From Mobula hypostoma (lineage: Eukaryota): a stretch of DNA of 64,000 nucleotides. Positions 47,836 through 61,642 of this stretch are shown here, piece after piece. The translations under genes and the position numbers were made by a program. Every line of letters begins with the position of its first letter. Position 1 is the first letter of the stretch. The notes beneath the pieces are model-generated. The model was not told the DNA's origin and ran no database searches. It saw nothing but the letters and a program-made list of their open reading frames with translations. The stretch covers positions 248,001 through 312,000 of the forward strand of contig NW_026948115.1 of the NCBI RefSeq assembly GCF_963921235.1, in the 5' to 3' direction.

Positions 47836-50272
47836 AAAATGTAAAAGAGAGGCTAGAGTAGATATCGGACTGCTGAAAAACGATGCTGGAGAGGTAGTAA
47901 TGGTGAACAAGAAAATGGTGGATGAATTGAATAAGTATTTTGCATCAGTCTTCACTGTGGAAGACACTAGAAGTTTGCCAGAAGTTCAAGAGTGTCAGAG
48001 GGAAGAAGTGTGTGAAGTTGACATTACTAGGGAGAAGTTTCTTGGGAAACTGAAAAGTCTGAAGATACGTAAGTCACCTGGACCAGATAGTCTACACCCC
48101 AGGGTTCTGAAAGAGGTGGCTGAAGAGATTGTGGAGGCATTAGTAATGATCTTTCAGGAATCAATTGATTCTGGCATTGTTCTAGAGGAATGGAAAATTG
48201 CAAATGTCACTCCACTCTTCAAGAAGAGAGAGAGGTGGAAGGAAGGAAACCATAGGCCGGTTAGTCTGACCTCAGTGGTTGGGAAGATGTTGGACTCGAT
48301 TGTTAAGAATGTGCTTTTGGCGTACTTGGAGGAACGTGATAAAATAGTCCATAGTCAGCATGGTTTCCTCAAGAGAAATTCTTGCCTGACAAATCTGTTG
48401 GAATTCTTTGAAGAAATAAGAAGCAAGATAGAGAAAGGAGAATTAGTTGATGTTGAATAATTGGATTTTCAGAAGGCCTTTGACATGAGTCTGCTTAACA
48501 AGGTACGAGCCCATGGTATTACAGGAAAGATACTAGCATGGATAAAACAGTAGCTGATTGACAGGAGGCAAAGAGTGGGAATAAAAGGAGCTGTTTCTGG
48601 TTGGCTGCCAGTGACTAGTTGGGACTGCTACTTTTTTTTAGATTAGATTAGATTATGAGGACACTCAATCCTTGTTTATTGTCATTTAGTAATGCATGCA
48701 TTAAGAAATGATACAATGTTCCTCCAGTATAATTTCACAGAAACACAAGACAGACCAAACTGACAAAAACCACATAATTATAATATATAATTACAACAGT
48801 GCAAAGCAATACCGTAAGTTGATAAAGAGCAGACCATGGGCACGGTAAAAAAATGTTTCAAAGTTCCGATAGCCCATCATCTCACGCAGACAGTAGGAGG
48901 GAGAAACTCTCCCTGCCATGAATCTCCAGCGCCGCAGACTTGCCGATGCAGCATCCTGGAAGCACCCGACCACAGGCGACCCTGAGTCCGTCGGAAAACT
49001 TCGAGCCTCCGACCAGCCCTCCAACACCGAGCACCGAGCACCTTGACACTGGCCCCCACCACCGAGCAACAGGCAAAGCCGAGGACTCAGGGCCTTCCCC
49101 TCCGGAGATTCTGGACCACACAGTAGCGGCGGCAGTGAAACAGGCAATTCAGAAGTTTCACCAGATGTTCCTCCGTGCCCTCACGTCCGCCTCCATCAAA
49201 TCAGGATTGTGCACGGCATCCTACTTGACAGATAAGATATTCATCACCAGAGTGGCCACTGCGCGCTGCGTCGTGCCGCCATGTTCTCCTCCTCCCAGAG
49301 GTTAGCATTATATGTCAATAACTTGGTTGATGGCTTTGTGGCAAAGTTTGCAGATGATACGAAGATAGGTGGAGGGGAAGAAAGGTAGTTATGAGGAAGT
49401 AGAGAGGCTACAGAAGGACAGACAGATTAGGAGAATGGGCAAAGAAATGGCAGATGGAATACAGTGTCAGGAAGTGTATGGTCATGCACGTTGATAGAAG
49501 AAATGAAAGGGTTGACTATTTTCTAAATGGAGAGAAAATACAAAAATCAGAGGTGCAAAGGGACTTGGGAGTCTTTGTACAGGATTCCGTAAAGGTTCAT
49601 TTGCAGGCAGAGTCTGTGGTGAGGAAGGCAAATGCAATGCTAGCATTCATTTCAAGTGGACTAGAATATAAAAGCAAGGATGCAATGAGGAGGCCTTGTA
49701 AATCACTGGTTAGGCCTCATTTGGAATATTGTGATCAGTTTTGGCTTCTTATCTAAGAAAGGATGTGCTGACATTGGAGATAGTTCAAAGGAGGATCACG
49801 AAAATGATTCCAGGATTCAAAGGCTTATCATATGAGGAACATTCGATGGTGCTGGGCCTCTTGTCACTGCAATTCAGAAGAATGAGGTGTGACCTCATTG
49901 AAACCTATCAAATGTTGAAAGGCCTCGAAAGAGTGAATGTGGAGAGGATGTTTCCTATGGTGGGGGAGTCTAAGTCCAGAGGATACATCCTTAGAAAAGA
50001 GGGGCGTCCTTTTGGAATGGAGATGAGGAGGGGTTTCTTTAGCCAGAGAGTGATGAATCCGTGGAATTTTTTGCCATAGGCAGCTGTGGAGGCCATGACA
50101 TTGGGTATATTTAAGGCAGAGGTTGATAGGTTCATGTAGGCAGGGTATGAAGGGATACAGGGAAAAGGCAGAGAGCGGGGCTGAGAGGGAAAATAGATCA
50201 GCCATGATGAAATAGCAGAGCAGACTCGATGGACCAAATGGCTTAATTCGGCTCCTATATCTCCTGGTCTTA
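47836..50272 (+). mobile_element. CR1 RT fragment (copy E) inserted in the Gypsy LTR
   Basis: SPGPD, NHRPVSLTS and QHGF motifs; CR1 3' end near 50270. Confidence 0.88.
48632..49295 (-). mobile_element. Non-autonomous retroposon with (AATCT)n/polyA tail, copy 2, inserted in CR1 copy E
   Basis: Homologous to 23386-23931; the 5' end carries AACATGGCGGC; CR1 RT is contiguous across the flanks. Confidence 0.75.
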
Positions 50273-51992
50273 TTTCGGACTCCCGTGGCCTCCTTTTAAT
50301 TAGTTTAATATCTTGAACTTACAGGACATAACATTAGCAACAAGGTATTGTTTTTTAAATGACTACAGACCCATTCAAATGCAACAAGTCCAACGTCGAG
50401 TTAAAAAAAAAGCAGCCCAGCACATAAAGAGCTGTCCAGTTAGATAGAAGAGTTCAGGGTTCACAAAAGGTGAGTACTGGGTCATTAAAAAAGCAGAAAT
50501 TGCAAACTACATTGGAAAAAAATTAACATGTTTGATTACACAAAGGTAAGTGGAATATGTATACACAGCTATTTGAGCAATATTTTGAAGCAAATGAAAT
50601 AGCCAACGAGAAACGAGTACCAATTTTGCAGAGTGCATTATGTCTAAAGGCATACAGTATTCTTTGAAGTTTAACTGCTTCAACTAAACCATCAGAAATG
50701 AATTTGCTGATATAGTCAAGGTAATGCAGGAACATTTGTAACTGAGACCACTGTTGATTAAAGAAAACTTTAGGTTTCATAAGCAGAATCAAAAAGAAGG
50801 GGAGTCCATTTCAGCATATGCAGCTGAATTGAAGAGATTGTCTGAGCATTGGCAGTTCACTGATGGGTTCAGTCATGTACTAAGAGATTGTTTAGTTTGT
50901 GAAATCTTACAAGAAAACATTCCAAAACTACTCCTAACTGAAGCACAACTTACATTGAAAAGAGCAGTTGAAATCGCTGTTTCAATGGAAACCACAGATA
51001 GCGACGCAATTGAGTTTCAGTCAGGAATGAAAATGAGCACAAACAAAACTGCAGTGTCTAAACAGAGTCTGGCCTGGTTGAACAAATTATATTACCGTTG
51101 TGACAGGAGTCTTACATCTCCCAAATAAATGCAGAATTAAAGGTGAGACATGCAGAAATGGCAAAAGTAGGACACATACAAAGGGCATGTTGGTCAGACA
51201 AAAATAAATGGACTACTGGAAGAGACAAACCTAAAAAGTTAAGTTGCAATTTCAAAAAGAGCACTAATCTGCATGCTATTGATGAAAAATACGACTGTGT
51301 AGCCTTGATGAAAATTAACAATAGACAAGTAATATGGCTTACACCAGAAATGAACGGTAAATTAATTAAAATGGAATTGGGCACTGGCTCAGCTGTTTCA
51401 GTCATTCCACAATGCAAGGGAATTATAGACAAGTGAGTCTTACTCAGTGATAGCCAAATCATTGGAGAAGATTATTAGAGAAAGATCTACAAACATTTGG
51501 AGAAGTATTGTCTGATCACTGGATAGTCAGCCTGGCTTTTTGAAGGGTTCATGGTCTGAGTGAGTAATGTACAAAGAGAAATGTAGAAAGTGGCCCTGAT
51601 ATTTGTGTCAAAACAATAAAGTCCAAGTTTTTCATTAATTAAGATTAATTTAATGATTTGCCTAACCTAAGTCAGTTTTCTATAGATTAATAACTTGACC
51701 CATATTCATTTAAATTGTCATATGCATGAACCTGTCAAAATGTCTTTTAAATGTTCAAATTGAGTCCCACACGTAACATCCACAAAAAAGCTCTCTGCTG
51801 TTATCAGTCGTCTGGTATATGAAAACCACACCACCTTTGTTCCCTCTCTTCCCCCTCCCCTCTCTCCCTCATTCTCTCGCTCTCTCTTCATTGTTCTTGT
51901 GACACTTAATAAATGATCATAAGCAATTTGTTTTATGCCTTCTTCTTGATTTCCCAGGAACCTCGGAACCAAATCATTAGGATCCAAAATAC

Positions 51993-51998
51993 TTTATT
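51993..51998 (-). other. Probable TAP1 polyadenylation signal
   Basis: AATAAA on the minus strand 92 nt past the stop codon. Confidence 0.6.
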
Positions 51999-52090
51999 AA
52001 ACACAAACAACATCATATGTACAATAGTCTAAATTACATTCAAGATCACCCGACTGTGCCTGAGTAGATACCAGCAGGACATCCCGCTGT

Positions 52091-52336
52091 TCACGACTCC
52101 ACCTCCGTTTCCACCAGCCCCTCCTCCGATTGCTCAGTCCCTGCGTCCGGGCTGTGCACGTGGAGCAGCCGGTGGTAACTGCTGCCCTTCTCCTGCAGCT
52201 GCTGGGGCGTCCCCTCCTCTACCACCTTCCCCCCCTCCAGCACCACGATCCGATCGGCTCTCTCTATCGTACTCGGCCGGTGTGCGATTACCAGCACGGC
52301 ACGCCCCTCAGCTCGACTGTACACCGACTGGTGGAC
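52091..52336 (-). CDS. TAP1: TAP1 last coding exon (H-loop and C-terminus)
   Basis: Pyrimidine tract plus ccgcag|GTC, phase 0; [47 protein letters not shown]...ES-TGA. Confidence 0.85.
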   Translation of the reverse strand, partial: VHQSVYSRAEGRAVLVIAHRPSTIERADRIVVLEGGKVVEEGTPQQLQEKGSSYHRLLHVHSPDAGTEQSEEGLVETEVES

Positions 52337-53601
52337 CTGCGGTGACAGAGAGACGGGTTAGAGAGAGTGGGGCGGGGAGCAGAGGAGAAAGGGGGGAAGA
52401 GGAGAGACCGGGAGGGGAGTGTAGGAGGGGCAGGGAGAGAGCTCGGGAGAGGAGTGTGAGAGTGGCAGGAAGGAAGGTACGGGGGGGGGGAGTGAGGCAT
52501 AGAGAGAGGCATAGGGATAGTCTGGAGGGAGAGTGAGGTGGGGAGAGAGTGATATGCATAGAGTGACATGAAGAACAAAAGGAGGAGTCAGAAAATGGTG
52601 AGAGAGAGAGAATGAGATATGCAGGGTGGTGAAAGTGACAATGGTCACAGTGTGTACAGGATGAATGGACCGACAGATACAGAGTGGACAGGGATCAGAG
52701 AGACAGGATGGGAAAGAAACTCAGGAGAGAGAGCAATGGAGACAGGGAAACAAAAGCAGATGCTGGAAATCCAGAACCACACACACAAAATGCTGGAAAC
52801 TCAGCAGGTCAGGCAGCATCTGTGGAAATGATGCTACACACTGTCCTTACACATCTGGAGAAGAAGGATGCTTACGTGAGAATGCTGTTCTTGGACTACA
52901 GTTCAACATTCAACACTATAATTCCCTCCAGACTCGACAGGAAGCTCAGAGACCTCGGCCTTCACCCTGCCTTGTGCAGCTGGATCCTGGACTTCCTGTC
53001 AGATCGCCGGCAGGTGGTAAGAGTGGGCTCCCTCACCTCCAACCCTCTGACTCTCAACACAGGAGCCCCTCTGGGCTGTGTACTAAGCCTCCTCCTTTAC
53101 TCTCTGTATACCCACGATTGTGTTGCCACCCACAGCTCCAATCTGCTAATTAAATTTGCTGATGACACTACATTGACTGGCCTAATCTCAAATAATAACA
53201 AGGTAGCCTACAGGGAAGTCATCACATTGACCCAGTGTGTCAAGAAACCAACCTCTCCCTCAATGTAGCAAAAACAAAGGAGCTGGCTGTGGATTGCAGG
53301 AGGAATGGAGATGAGCTAACCCCGATTGACATCAATGGATCTGGGGTTGAGAGGGTGAATGGCTTTAGGTTCCTCTCACGTGGTCTGTACATACCAACTG
53401 TGTGGTGAAAAGAGCATAACAGTGCCTCTTCCACCTCAGACAGTTGAGGAAGTTTGGTATGTCCCCAAATCCTAAAAACTTTCTATAGGAGCACGATTGA
53501 GAGCATCCTGACTGGTTGCATCACTGCCTGGTATGGGAACTGTACTTCCCTCAATTGCAGGGCTCTGCAGAGAGTGGTGTGGACAGCCCAGCGCATCTGT
53601 A

Positions 53602-56600
53602 CACAAGAAATAGGAGCAGGAGTAGGCCATCCAGCCCATCGAGCCTACTCCACCATTCAATAAGAACATGGCTGATCTGTCCGTAAACTCAGCTCTATCT
53701 ACCTGCCCTTTCCCCATAACCCTTAATTCCCCTACTATGTAAAAATCTATCTAAATGTATCTTAATTGTATTTAGTGAAGAAGCCTCAACTGCTTCCCTG
53801 GGCAGAGAATTCCACAGATTCACCACTCTCTGGGAAAAACAGTTTCTCCTCATCTCCGTCCTAAATCTTCTCCCCTCAATCTTGAGGCAATGTCCCCTAG
53901 TTCTAGTCTCACCTACCAATGGAAACAACTTTCCTACTTCTATCTTATCTATCCCTTTCAAAATTATGTATGTTTCTATAAGATCCCCTCTCATTAGAAC
54001 ATAGAACAGTACAGCACATTTCAGGCCCTCTGGCCCACAATGTTGTTCCGACCCTCAAACCCTGCCTCCCATATAACCCCCCACCTTAAATTCCTCCATA
54101 TACCTGTCTAGTTGTCTCTTAAATTTCACTAGTGTATCTGCCTCCACCACTGACTCAGGCAGTGCATTCCACTCTCTGAGTAAAAAACCTTCCTCTAATA
54201 TCCCCCTTGAACTTCCCTCCCCTTACCTTAAAGCCACGTCCTCTTATACTGAGCAGTGGTGCCCTGGGGAAGAGGCGCTGGCTATCTACTCTATCTATTC
54301 CTCTTAATATCTTGTATACCTCTGTCATGTCTCCTCTCATCCTCCTTCTCTCCAAAGAGTAAAGCCCTAGCTCCCTTAATCTCTGATCATAATGCATACT
54401 CTCTAAACCAAGCAGCATCCTGGCAAATCTCCTCTGTACCCTTTCCAACGCTTCCTCTTATGTCCTATAGTGAGGTGACCAGAACTGGACACAATACTCC
54501 AAGTGTGGCCTCACCAGAGTTTTATAGAGCTGCATCATTACATTGCGACTCTTAAACTCTATCCCTCGACTTATGAAAGCGAACATCCCATAAGCTTTCT
54601 TAACTACCCCATCTACCTGTGAGGCAACTTTCAGGGATCTGTGGACATGTACCCCCAGATCCCTCTGCTCCTCCACACTACCAAGTATCCTGTCATTTAC
54701 TTTGTACTCTGTCTTGGAATTTGTCCTTCCAAAGTGTACCACCTCACACTTCTCCAGGTTGAACTCCATCTGCCACTTCTCAGCCCACTTCTGCATCCTA
54801 TCAATGTCTCTCTGCAATCTTTGACAATCCTCTACACTACCCACACCACCACCAACTTTTGTGTTGTCTACAAACTTGCCAACCCACCCTTCTACCCCCA
54901 CATCCAGGTCGTTAATAAAAATCACGAAAAGTAGAGGTCCCAGAACAGATCCTTGTGGGACACCACTAGTCACAACCCTCCAATCTGAATGTACTCCCTC
55001 CACCACGACCCTCTGCCTTCTGCAGGCAAGCCAATTCTGAATCCACCTGGCCAAACTTCCCTGGATCCCATGTCTTCTGACTTTCTGAATAAGCCTACCG
55101 TGTGGAACCTTATCAAATGCCTTACTAAAATCCATGAAGATCACATCCACTGCACTACAATCATCTATATGCCTGGTCACCTCCTGAAAGAACTCTATCA
55201 GGCTTGTTAGACATGATCTGCCCTTCACAAAGCCAAGCTAACTGTCCCTGATCAGACCATGATTCTCTAAATGCTCATAGATCCTATCTCTAAGAATCTT
55301 TTCCAACAGCTTTTCCACCACAGACGTAAGGCTCACTGGTCTATAATTACCCGGACTATCCCTACTACCTTTTTTGAACAATTCTTCGGAATTCTTCTGA
55401 ATTCCAGAGAGTATAGTCCCAGGCGACTCAATCTCTCCTCAAAGGTTAACCCCTTCATCTCTGGAATCAACCTGGTGAACCTCCTCTGTACTGCCTCCAA
55501 AGCCAGTATATTCTTCCTCAAGTATGTAGACCAGAACTGCACACAGTACTCCAGGTGCGGCCTCAACAGTACCCTGTATAGTTGCAGCATGACCTTCCTG
55601 CTCTTGAATTCAATCCCTCTAGCAATAAAGGCCAACATTCCGTTTGCCTTCTTAATAACCTGTTGTACCTGCAAGCCAACTTTTTGCGATTCATGAACAA
55701 GCACTCCCAAGTCCCTCTGCACAACAGCATGCTGCAATCTTTCACCATTTAAATAATAATCTGCTCTTCTATTATTCCTTCCAAAGTGGATGATCTCGCA
55801 TTTACCAACGTTATATTCCATCTGCCAGACCTTGGCCCACTCACTTAACCTATCTATATCCCTCTGCAGACTCTCCACATCCTCTGTACAATTTGCTTTT
55901 CCACTAAGTTTAGTGTCATCAGCAAATTTTGCTACACTACACTCAGTCCCCTCTTCCAAATCATCAATGTAAATGGTAAACAGCTGCAGGCCCAGCACCG
56001 ACACCTGCAGCACCCCACTCACCATTGACTGCCAACCGGAGAAACACCCATTTATACCAACTCTCTGCCTTCTATTGGTTAACCAATCCACTATCCATGC
56101 CAATACACTTCCTCCGACTCCATGCATCCGTATCTTATTTATAAGTCTCTTGTGCGGCATCTTATCGAACGCCTTCGGGAAATCTAAGTATACGACATAC
56201 ACCCGTCCCCCCCTATATCCACTGCACTCATTATGTCCTCAAAGAACTCCAGTACGTTTGTCAAACAGGACCTGCCCTTTCTGAATCCATGCTGCGTCTG
56301 TCTATGGAACCCCTCCTTTCTAAATGTCTTGCTATTTTTTCCTTAATGACAGCTTCAAACATTTTCCCTGACTACAGATGTTAAGCTAACTGGCCTATAG
56401 TTGTCTGTCTTTTGCCTACATCCTTTTTTAAAAAGTGTCTTCCATTCTGCTGGGACTTGCCCAGAGTCTAGAGAATTTTGGTAAATGATTACCAACACAT
56501 CTACTGTAACCTCCGCCAATTCCCTCAGCACCCTGGGATGCATCCCATCAGGACCAGGGGACTTATCTACCTTCAGGCCCTCTAGTTTGCTCATCACTGT

Positions 56601-58003
56601 CTCTTTAGTGACAGTGATTATATCGAGGTCCTCACCTCCCATTTTGTCCATAACATCATTCTTTGGCATATTAGATGTGCCCTCCACCGTGAAGACCAAC
56701 ACAAAATAGTCGTTCAACGCCTCAGCCATTTCCTTATTACCCAATATCAATTTCCCCTTCTCATCTTCCAAAGGACCTATGTTGACTTTAGCCACCCTCT
56801 TCTGCCTTATATATTTATAAAAACTTTTGCTATCTGTTTTTATATTTTGTGCTAATTTACTTTTAAGTAATACTTTACTTAATTTGCTCTATCTTCCCTT
56901 TCCTTATTTCTTGTTTAGTTTTTCTTTGTTGCTTTTTAAAGTTTTCCCAATCCTCCAGTCTCCTACTACTCTTTGCGACTTTTACACGAGCTTTTAATTT
57001 GATACTATCTCTTATTTCCTTAGGCTGACTCTCCCCACACTTACTGTCCTTTTGAATGGAATATACTTTTGTTGAGCACTGTGAAAAATCTCTGAAAGTA
57101 TTCCACTATTCCTCAGCTGTCCTACCAAATAGCCTGTGCTCCCGATCCACATTAGCCAACTTCTTCCTCATCCTGTTGTAGTCTCGCTTGTTCAAGCATA
57201 AAACACTAGTTTTAGATCTATTTCATCCTCCATCTGTATACGGAATTCAATCATACTATGATCACTCTTTCCAAGAGGATCGCTGACTACAAGATCGTTA
57301 ATCTTACCTGTCTCATTGCACAGGACTAGATCTAAGATAGCATTTTCCCTTGTTGGTTCACTAACATGCTGCTCAAGAAAGCCATCACGGATGTATTCTA
57401 TGAAATCCTCCTCAAGACTTCCTTAACCAACCTGATTCACCCAATCCATGTGGAAATTAAAATCCCCCATGACAACTGCTGTTCCGTTCTTACAAGCCTC
57501 AGTTATTTCTTGGTTAATTGCCTCTGACACTAAATATTTTTATTGGGTGGTCTATAGACAACTCCCACCAGTGATTTTTTCCCTTTACTATTCTTCATCT
57601 CTACCCAGATGGACTCAACATTCTGCTCTGTAGATCTTATATCGTCTCTCACAATCGCCCTGATCTCATCCTTAATCAAGAGCGCCACCCCACCTCCTTT
57701 GCCTTCCTGCCAATCTTTCCGTATTACCTGATACCCTTGGATATTTAATTCCCAGTCATCTCCACCTTGCATCCAGGTTTCTGTAATGGCCACTAAATCA
57801 TATGCCTTGGTACTGATCTGTGCCACAAGTTCACTAACCTTGTTTCTAATACTACGGGCATTTAGATAAAGTACCCTTAAACTCACTGTCCTTTTAGAAT
57901 CTAGTGACCTATGCTATTTTTGGTTTTTACTTTTATGCACTCTGCTCTTACTTTTTTCTTCACTAACTCTAGCTTTAGTCTCTGCATCACTTTCCTCTTC
58001 TTT
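53602..58003 (-). mobile_element. CR1 (APE plus RT) inserted in Rex1
   Basis: LYLNARSIRNK, VAITETW and RT motifs; 6-bp TSD TCTGTA at 53596-53601 and 58004-58009. Confidence 0.9.
53996..55379 (-). mobile_element. Second-family CR1 nested in the CR1 above
   Basis: Distinct RT sequence (FMDFSKAFDKVPHGRL) with its own (AGAACAT)n tail; the host CR1 resumes at ~55380. Confidence 0.88.
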
Positions 58004-58458
58004 TCTGTAGATGTGAACTTCCCACTACTCAGGACATTTACAGAGACAGTTGTGTAAAAGGGCCTGAGGGATCACTGGAGACCTGAGTCACCCCAACCAC
58101 AAACTATCCAGCTGCTACCATCCGGGAAACGGTACCACAGCATAAAGGCCAGGACCAACAGGCTCCGGGACAGCTTCTTCCACCAGGACATCAGACTGAT
58201 CAATTCATGCTGACACAATTCTATTTCTACGCTACATTGACCGTCCTATTGTACATACCACTTTTCACAAATTACTATAAATTGCACCTTGCACATTTAG
58301 ATGGAGACATAGTGTGAAGATTTTTACTCCTCATGTATGTGAAGCATATAAGTAATAAAGTCATTTCAATTCAGTCCAAGAGCCTTCTTGGAAAATGCCA
58401 GAATAAATCTCATAAGTAGCTCGGATTCACACTCCATGGCACTGGAGAGAGTGACCGT

Positions 58459-61400
58459 GGTACTGACTGGGAGTCGGGGTGGGGGTCCGGGACTGACTGG
58501 GAGTCGGGGTGGGGGTCCGGTACTGACGGGGAGTCGGGGTGGGGGCCCGGTACTGACTGGGAGTCGGGGTGGGGGTCCACAGTACTGACTGGGAGTTGGG
58601 GTGAGGGTCTGGTACTGACGGGGAGACGGGGTGGGGTCCGGTACTGTCTGGGAGTTGGGGTGAGGGTCCGGTACTGACTGGGAGTCGGGGTGGGGGTCCA
58701 GTACTGACGGGGAGACGGGGTGGGGGTCCGGTACTGATGGGGAGTCGGGGTGGGGGTCCACAGTACTAACTGGGAGTCGGGGTGAGGGTCTGGTACTGAC
58801 AGGGAGTCGGGGTGAGGGTCCGGTACTGACTGGAGGTTGGGGTGGGGGTCCGGTACTGACGGGGAGTCGGGATGGGTGTCCACGGTATTGACAAGGAGTC
58901 GGGGCGAGGGTCTGGTACTGACGGGGAGTCGGGGTGGGGGTCCGGTACTGATTGGGAGTTGGGTTGGGGGTCCGCGGTACTGACTGGGAGTCGGGGTGGG
59001 GGTCCGCGGTACTGACTGGGAGTCGGGGTGGGGATCCGTGGTACTGATGGGGAGTTGGGGTGGGGGTCCAGTACTGACGGTAGTCGAGGTGAGGGTCCGG
59101 TACTGACTGGGAGTCAGGGTGAGGGTCCGGTACTGACTGGGAGTCGGGGTGAGGGTCCGGTACTGACTGGGTGTCAGGTTGGGGGTCCGGTACAGACGGG
59201 GAGTCAAGGTGGGAGTCCGGTACTGACTGGGAGTCGGGGTGACGGTCCGGTACTGACGGTAGTTGGGGTGAGGGTCCGGTACTGACGGGGAGTCGGGATG
59301 GGGGTCCGCGGTACTGACTGGGAGTCGGGGTGGGGATCCGTGGTACTGATGGGGAGTTGGGGTGGGGGTCCAGTACTGACTGGGAGTCGGGGTGGGGGTC
59401 CGGTACTGACTGGGAGTCGGGGTAAGGGTCCGGTACTGATGGGGTGTCGGAGTGGTGGTCCGTGGTACTGATGGGGAGTTGGGGTGGGGTCCAGTACTGA
59501 TGGGGAGTCGGAGTGGGGGTCCAGTACTGATGGGGAGTCAGAGTGGAGGTCCGGTACTGACTGGGAGTCGGGGTGGGGGTCCGGTACTGATGGTAGTCGG
59601 GGTGAGGGTCCGGTACTGACTGGGAGTCAGGGTGAGGGTCCGGTACTGACGGTAGTCGAGGTGAGGGTCCGGTACTGACTGGGAGTCAGGGTGAGGGTCC
59701 GGTACTGATGGGGTGTCGGGGTGGTGGTCCGTGGTACTGATGGGGTGTCAGGGTGGGGGACCAGTACTGATGGGGAGTCGGGGGAGGGCCCGGTACTAAC
59801 TGGTAGTCGGGGTGGGGGTCCGGTACTGACTGGGAGTCGGGGTGAGGGTCCGGTACTGACTGGGAGTCGGGGTGGGGGTCCAGTACTGACTGGGAGTCTG
59901 GGTGGGTGTCCGTGGTACTGATGGGGAGTCGGGGTGGGGGTCCGGTACTGACTGGGAGCCGGGGTGGGGGCCCGGTACTGACTGGGAGTCGGTGTGGGGG
60001 TCCAGTACTGACTAGGAGTCGGGGTGGGGGTCCACAGTACTGAGAAGGAGTCGGGGTAAGGGTCCGGTACTGATGGGGAGTCGGGGTGGGGGTCCGTGGT
60101 ACTGATGGGGTGTCAGGGTGGGGGACCAGTACTGATGGGGAGTTGGGGGAGGGCCCAGTACTAACTGGTAGTCGGGGTGGGGGTCTGGTACTGACTGGGA
60201 GTCGGGGTGAGGGTCCGGTACTGACTGGGAGTCGGGGTGGGGGTCTGGTACTGACTGGAGGATGGGGTGTGGGTCCGGTACTGACTGGGAGTCAGAGTGA
60301 GGGTCCGGTACTGACTGGAAGTCGGGATGGGGGTCCGCGGTACTGACTGGGAGTCGGGGTGGGGGTCCGGTACTGACTGGCAGTTGGGGTGAGGGTCCGG
60401 TACTGACGGGGAGTCGGGCTGGGTCCAGTACTGACTGGGAGTCGGTGTGGGGGTCCGGTACTGACGGGGAGTCGGAGTGGGGGTCCGGTACTGACTGGGA
60501 GTTGAGGTGAGGGTCCGGTATTGACTGGCAGTCGGGGTGAGGGTCCAGTACTGACGGGGAGTCGGGGTGGGGGTCTGGTACTGACGGGGAGTCGGGCTGG
60601 GGGTCTGGTACTGACTGGGAGTCAGGGTGGGGGTCCGGTACTGACTGGGTGTCGGGTTGGGGGTCCGGTACTGACTGGGAGTCGGGTTGGGGGTCTGGTA
60701 CTGACGGTAGTTGGGGTGAGGGTCCGGTACTGACGGGGAGTTGGGATGGGGGTCCACGGTATGGTCTGGGAGTCGGGATGGGGGTCCACGGTACTGACTG
60801 GGAGTCGGGGTGGGGGTCCACGGTACTGACTGGGAGTCGGGGTGGGGGTCCGTGGTACTGATGGGGTGTCGGAGTGGGGATCCGTGGTACTGATGGGGAG
60901 TTGGGGTGCGGGTCCAGTACTGATGGGGAGTCGGAGTGGGGGTCCGTAGTACTGACTGGGAGTCGGGTTGGGGGTCCGGTACTGACTGGGAGTCGGTGTG
61001 GGGGTCCGGTACTGACGGGGAGTCGGAGTGGGGGTCCGGTACTGACTGGGAGTCGAGGTGAGGGTCCGGTATTGACTGGCAGTCGGGGTGAGGGTCCAGT
61101 ACTGACGGGGAGTCGGGGTGGGGGTCTGGTACTGACTGGGAGTCAGGGTGGGGGTCCGGTACTGACTGAGTGTCGGGTTGGGGGTCCAGTACTGACGGTA
61201 GTTGGAGTGAGGGTCCGGTACTGACGGGGAGTCGGGATGGAGGTCCGCGGTACGGACTGGGAGTTGGGGTGAGGGTCCACAGTACTGACTGGGAGTCGTG
61301 GTGGGGGTCCACGGTACTGACTGGGAGTCGGGGTGGGGGTCCACGGTATTGACTGGGAGTCGGGGTGAGGGTCCGTTACTGACTGGGAGTCGGGGTGACG

Positions 61401-61636
61401 GTTCGGTACTGACTGGGAGTCGGGGTGGGGGTCTGGTACTGACTGGGAGTCGGGGTGGGGGTCTGGTACTGATGGGAGTCCGGTACTGACTGGGAGTTGG
61501 GGTGGGGGTCCGGTACTGATGGGGAGTTGGGGTGGGGGTCCGGTACTGACTGGGAGTCGGGGTGGGGGTCCGGTACTGACTGGGAGTCGGGGTGGGGGTC
61601 CGGTACTGATGGGGAGTTGGGGTGGGGGTCCGCGAT
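58459..61636. repeat. 30-bp G-rich minisatellite (GGTACTGACTGGGAGTCGGGGTGGGGGTCC), ~105 copies, starting at the TAP1 splice donor
   Basis: Direct repeats visible; the array abuts the donor at 61641-61642. Confidence 0.98.
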
Positions 61637-61642
61637 ACTCAC

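Larger units (their letters stand above)
47645..51415 (+). mobile_element. Second Gypsy copy (LTR split by a CR1; gag and partial protease)
   Basis: LTR 47645-~47832 and ~50273-50332 together match the 36275 LTR; gag (ENFRFHKQNQKEGESISAYAAELKRL) and IKMELGTGSAVSVIP. Confidence 0.85.
52826..58375 (+). mobile_element. Rex1/Babar element split by a CR1 (parts 52826-53601 and 58004-58375)
   Basis: YVRMLFLDYSSTFNTIIP..GAPLGCVLS..KFADDT; the halves rejoin across the TSD TCTGTA. Confidence 0.9.

Noticed and set aside
58459-61636. CRISPR-like appearance of the regular repeat
   Set aside because: No unique spacers, and the context is eukaryotic.
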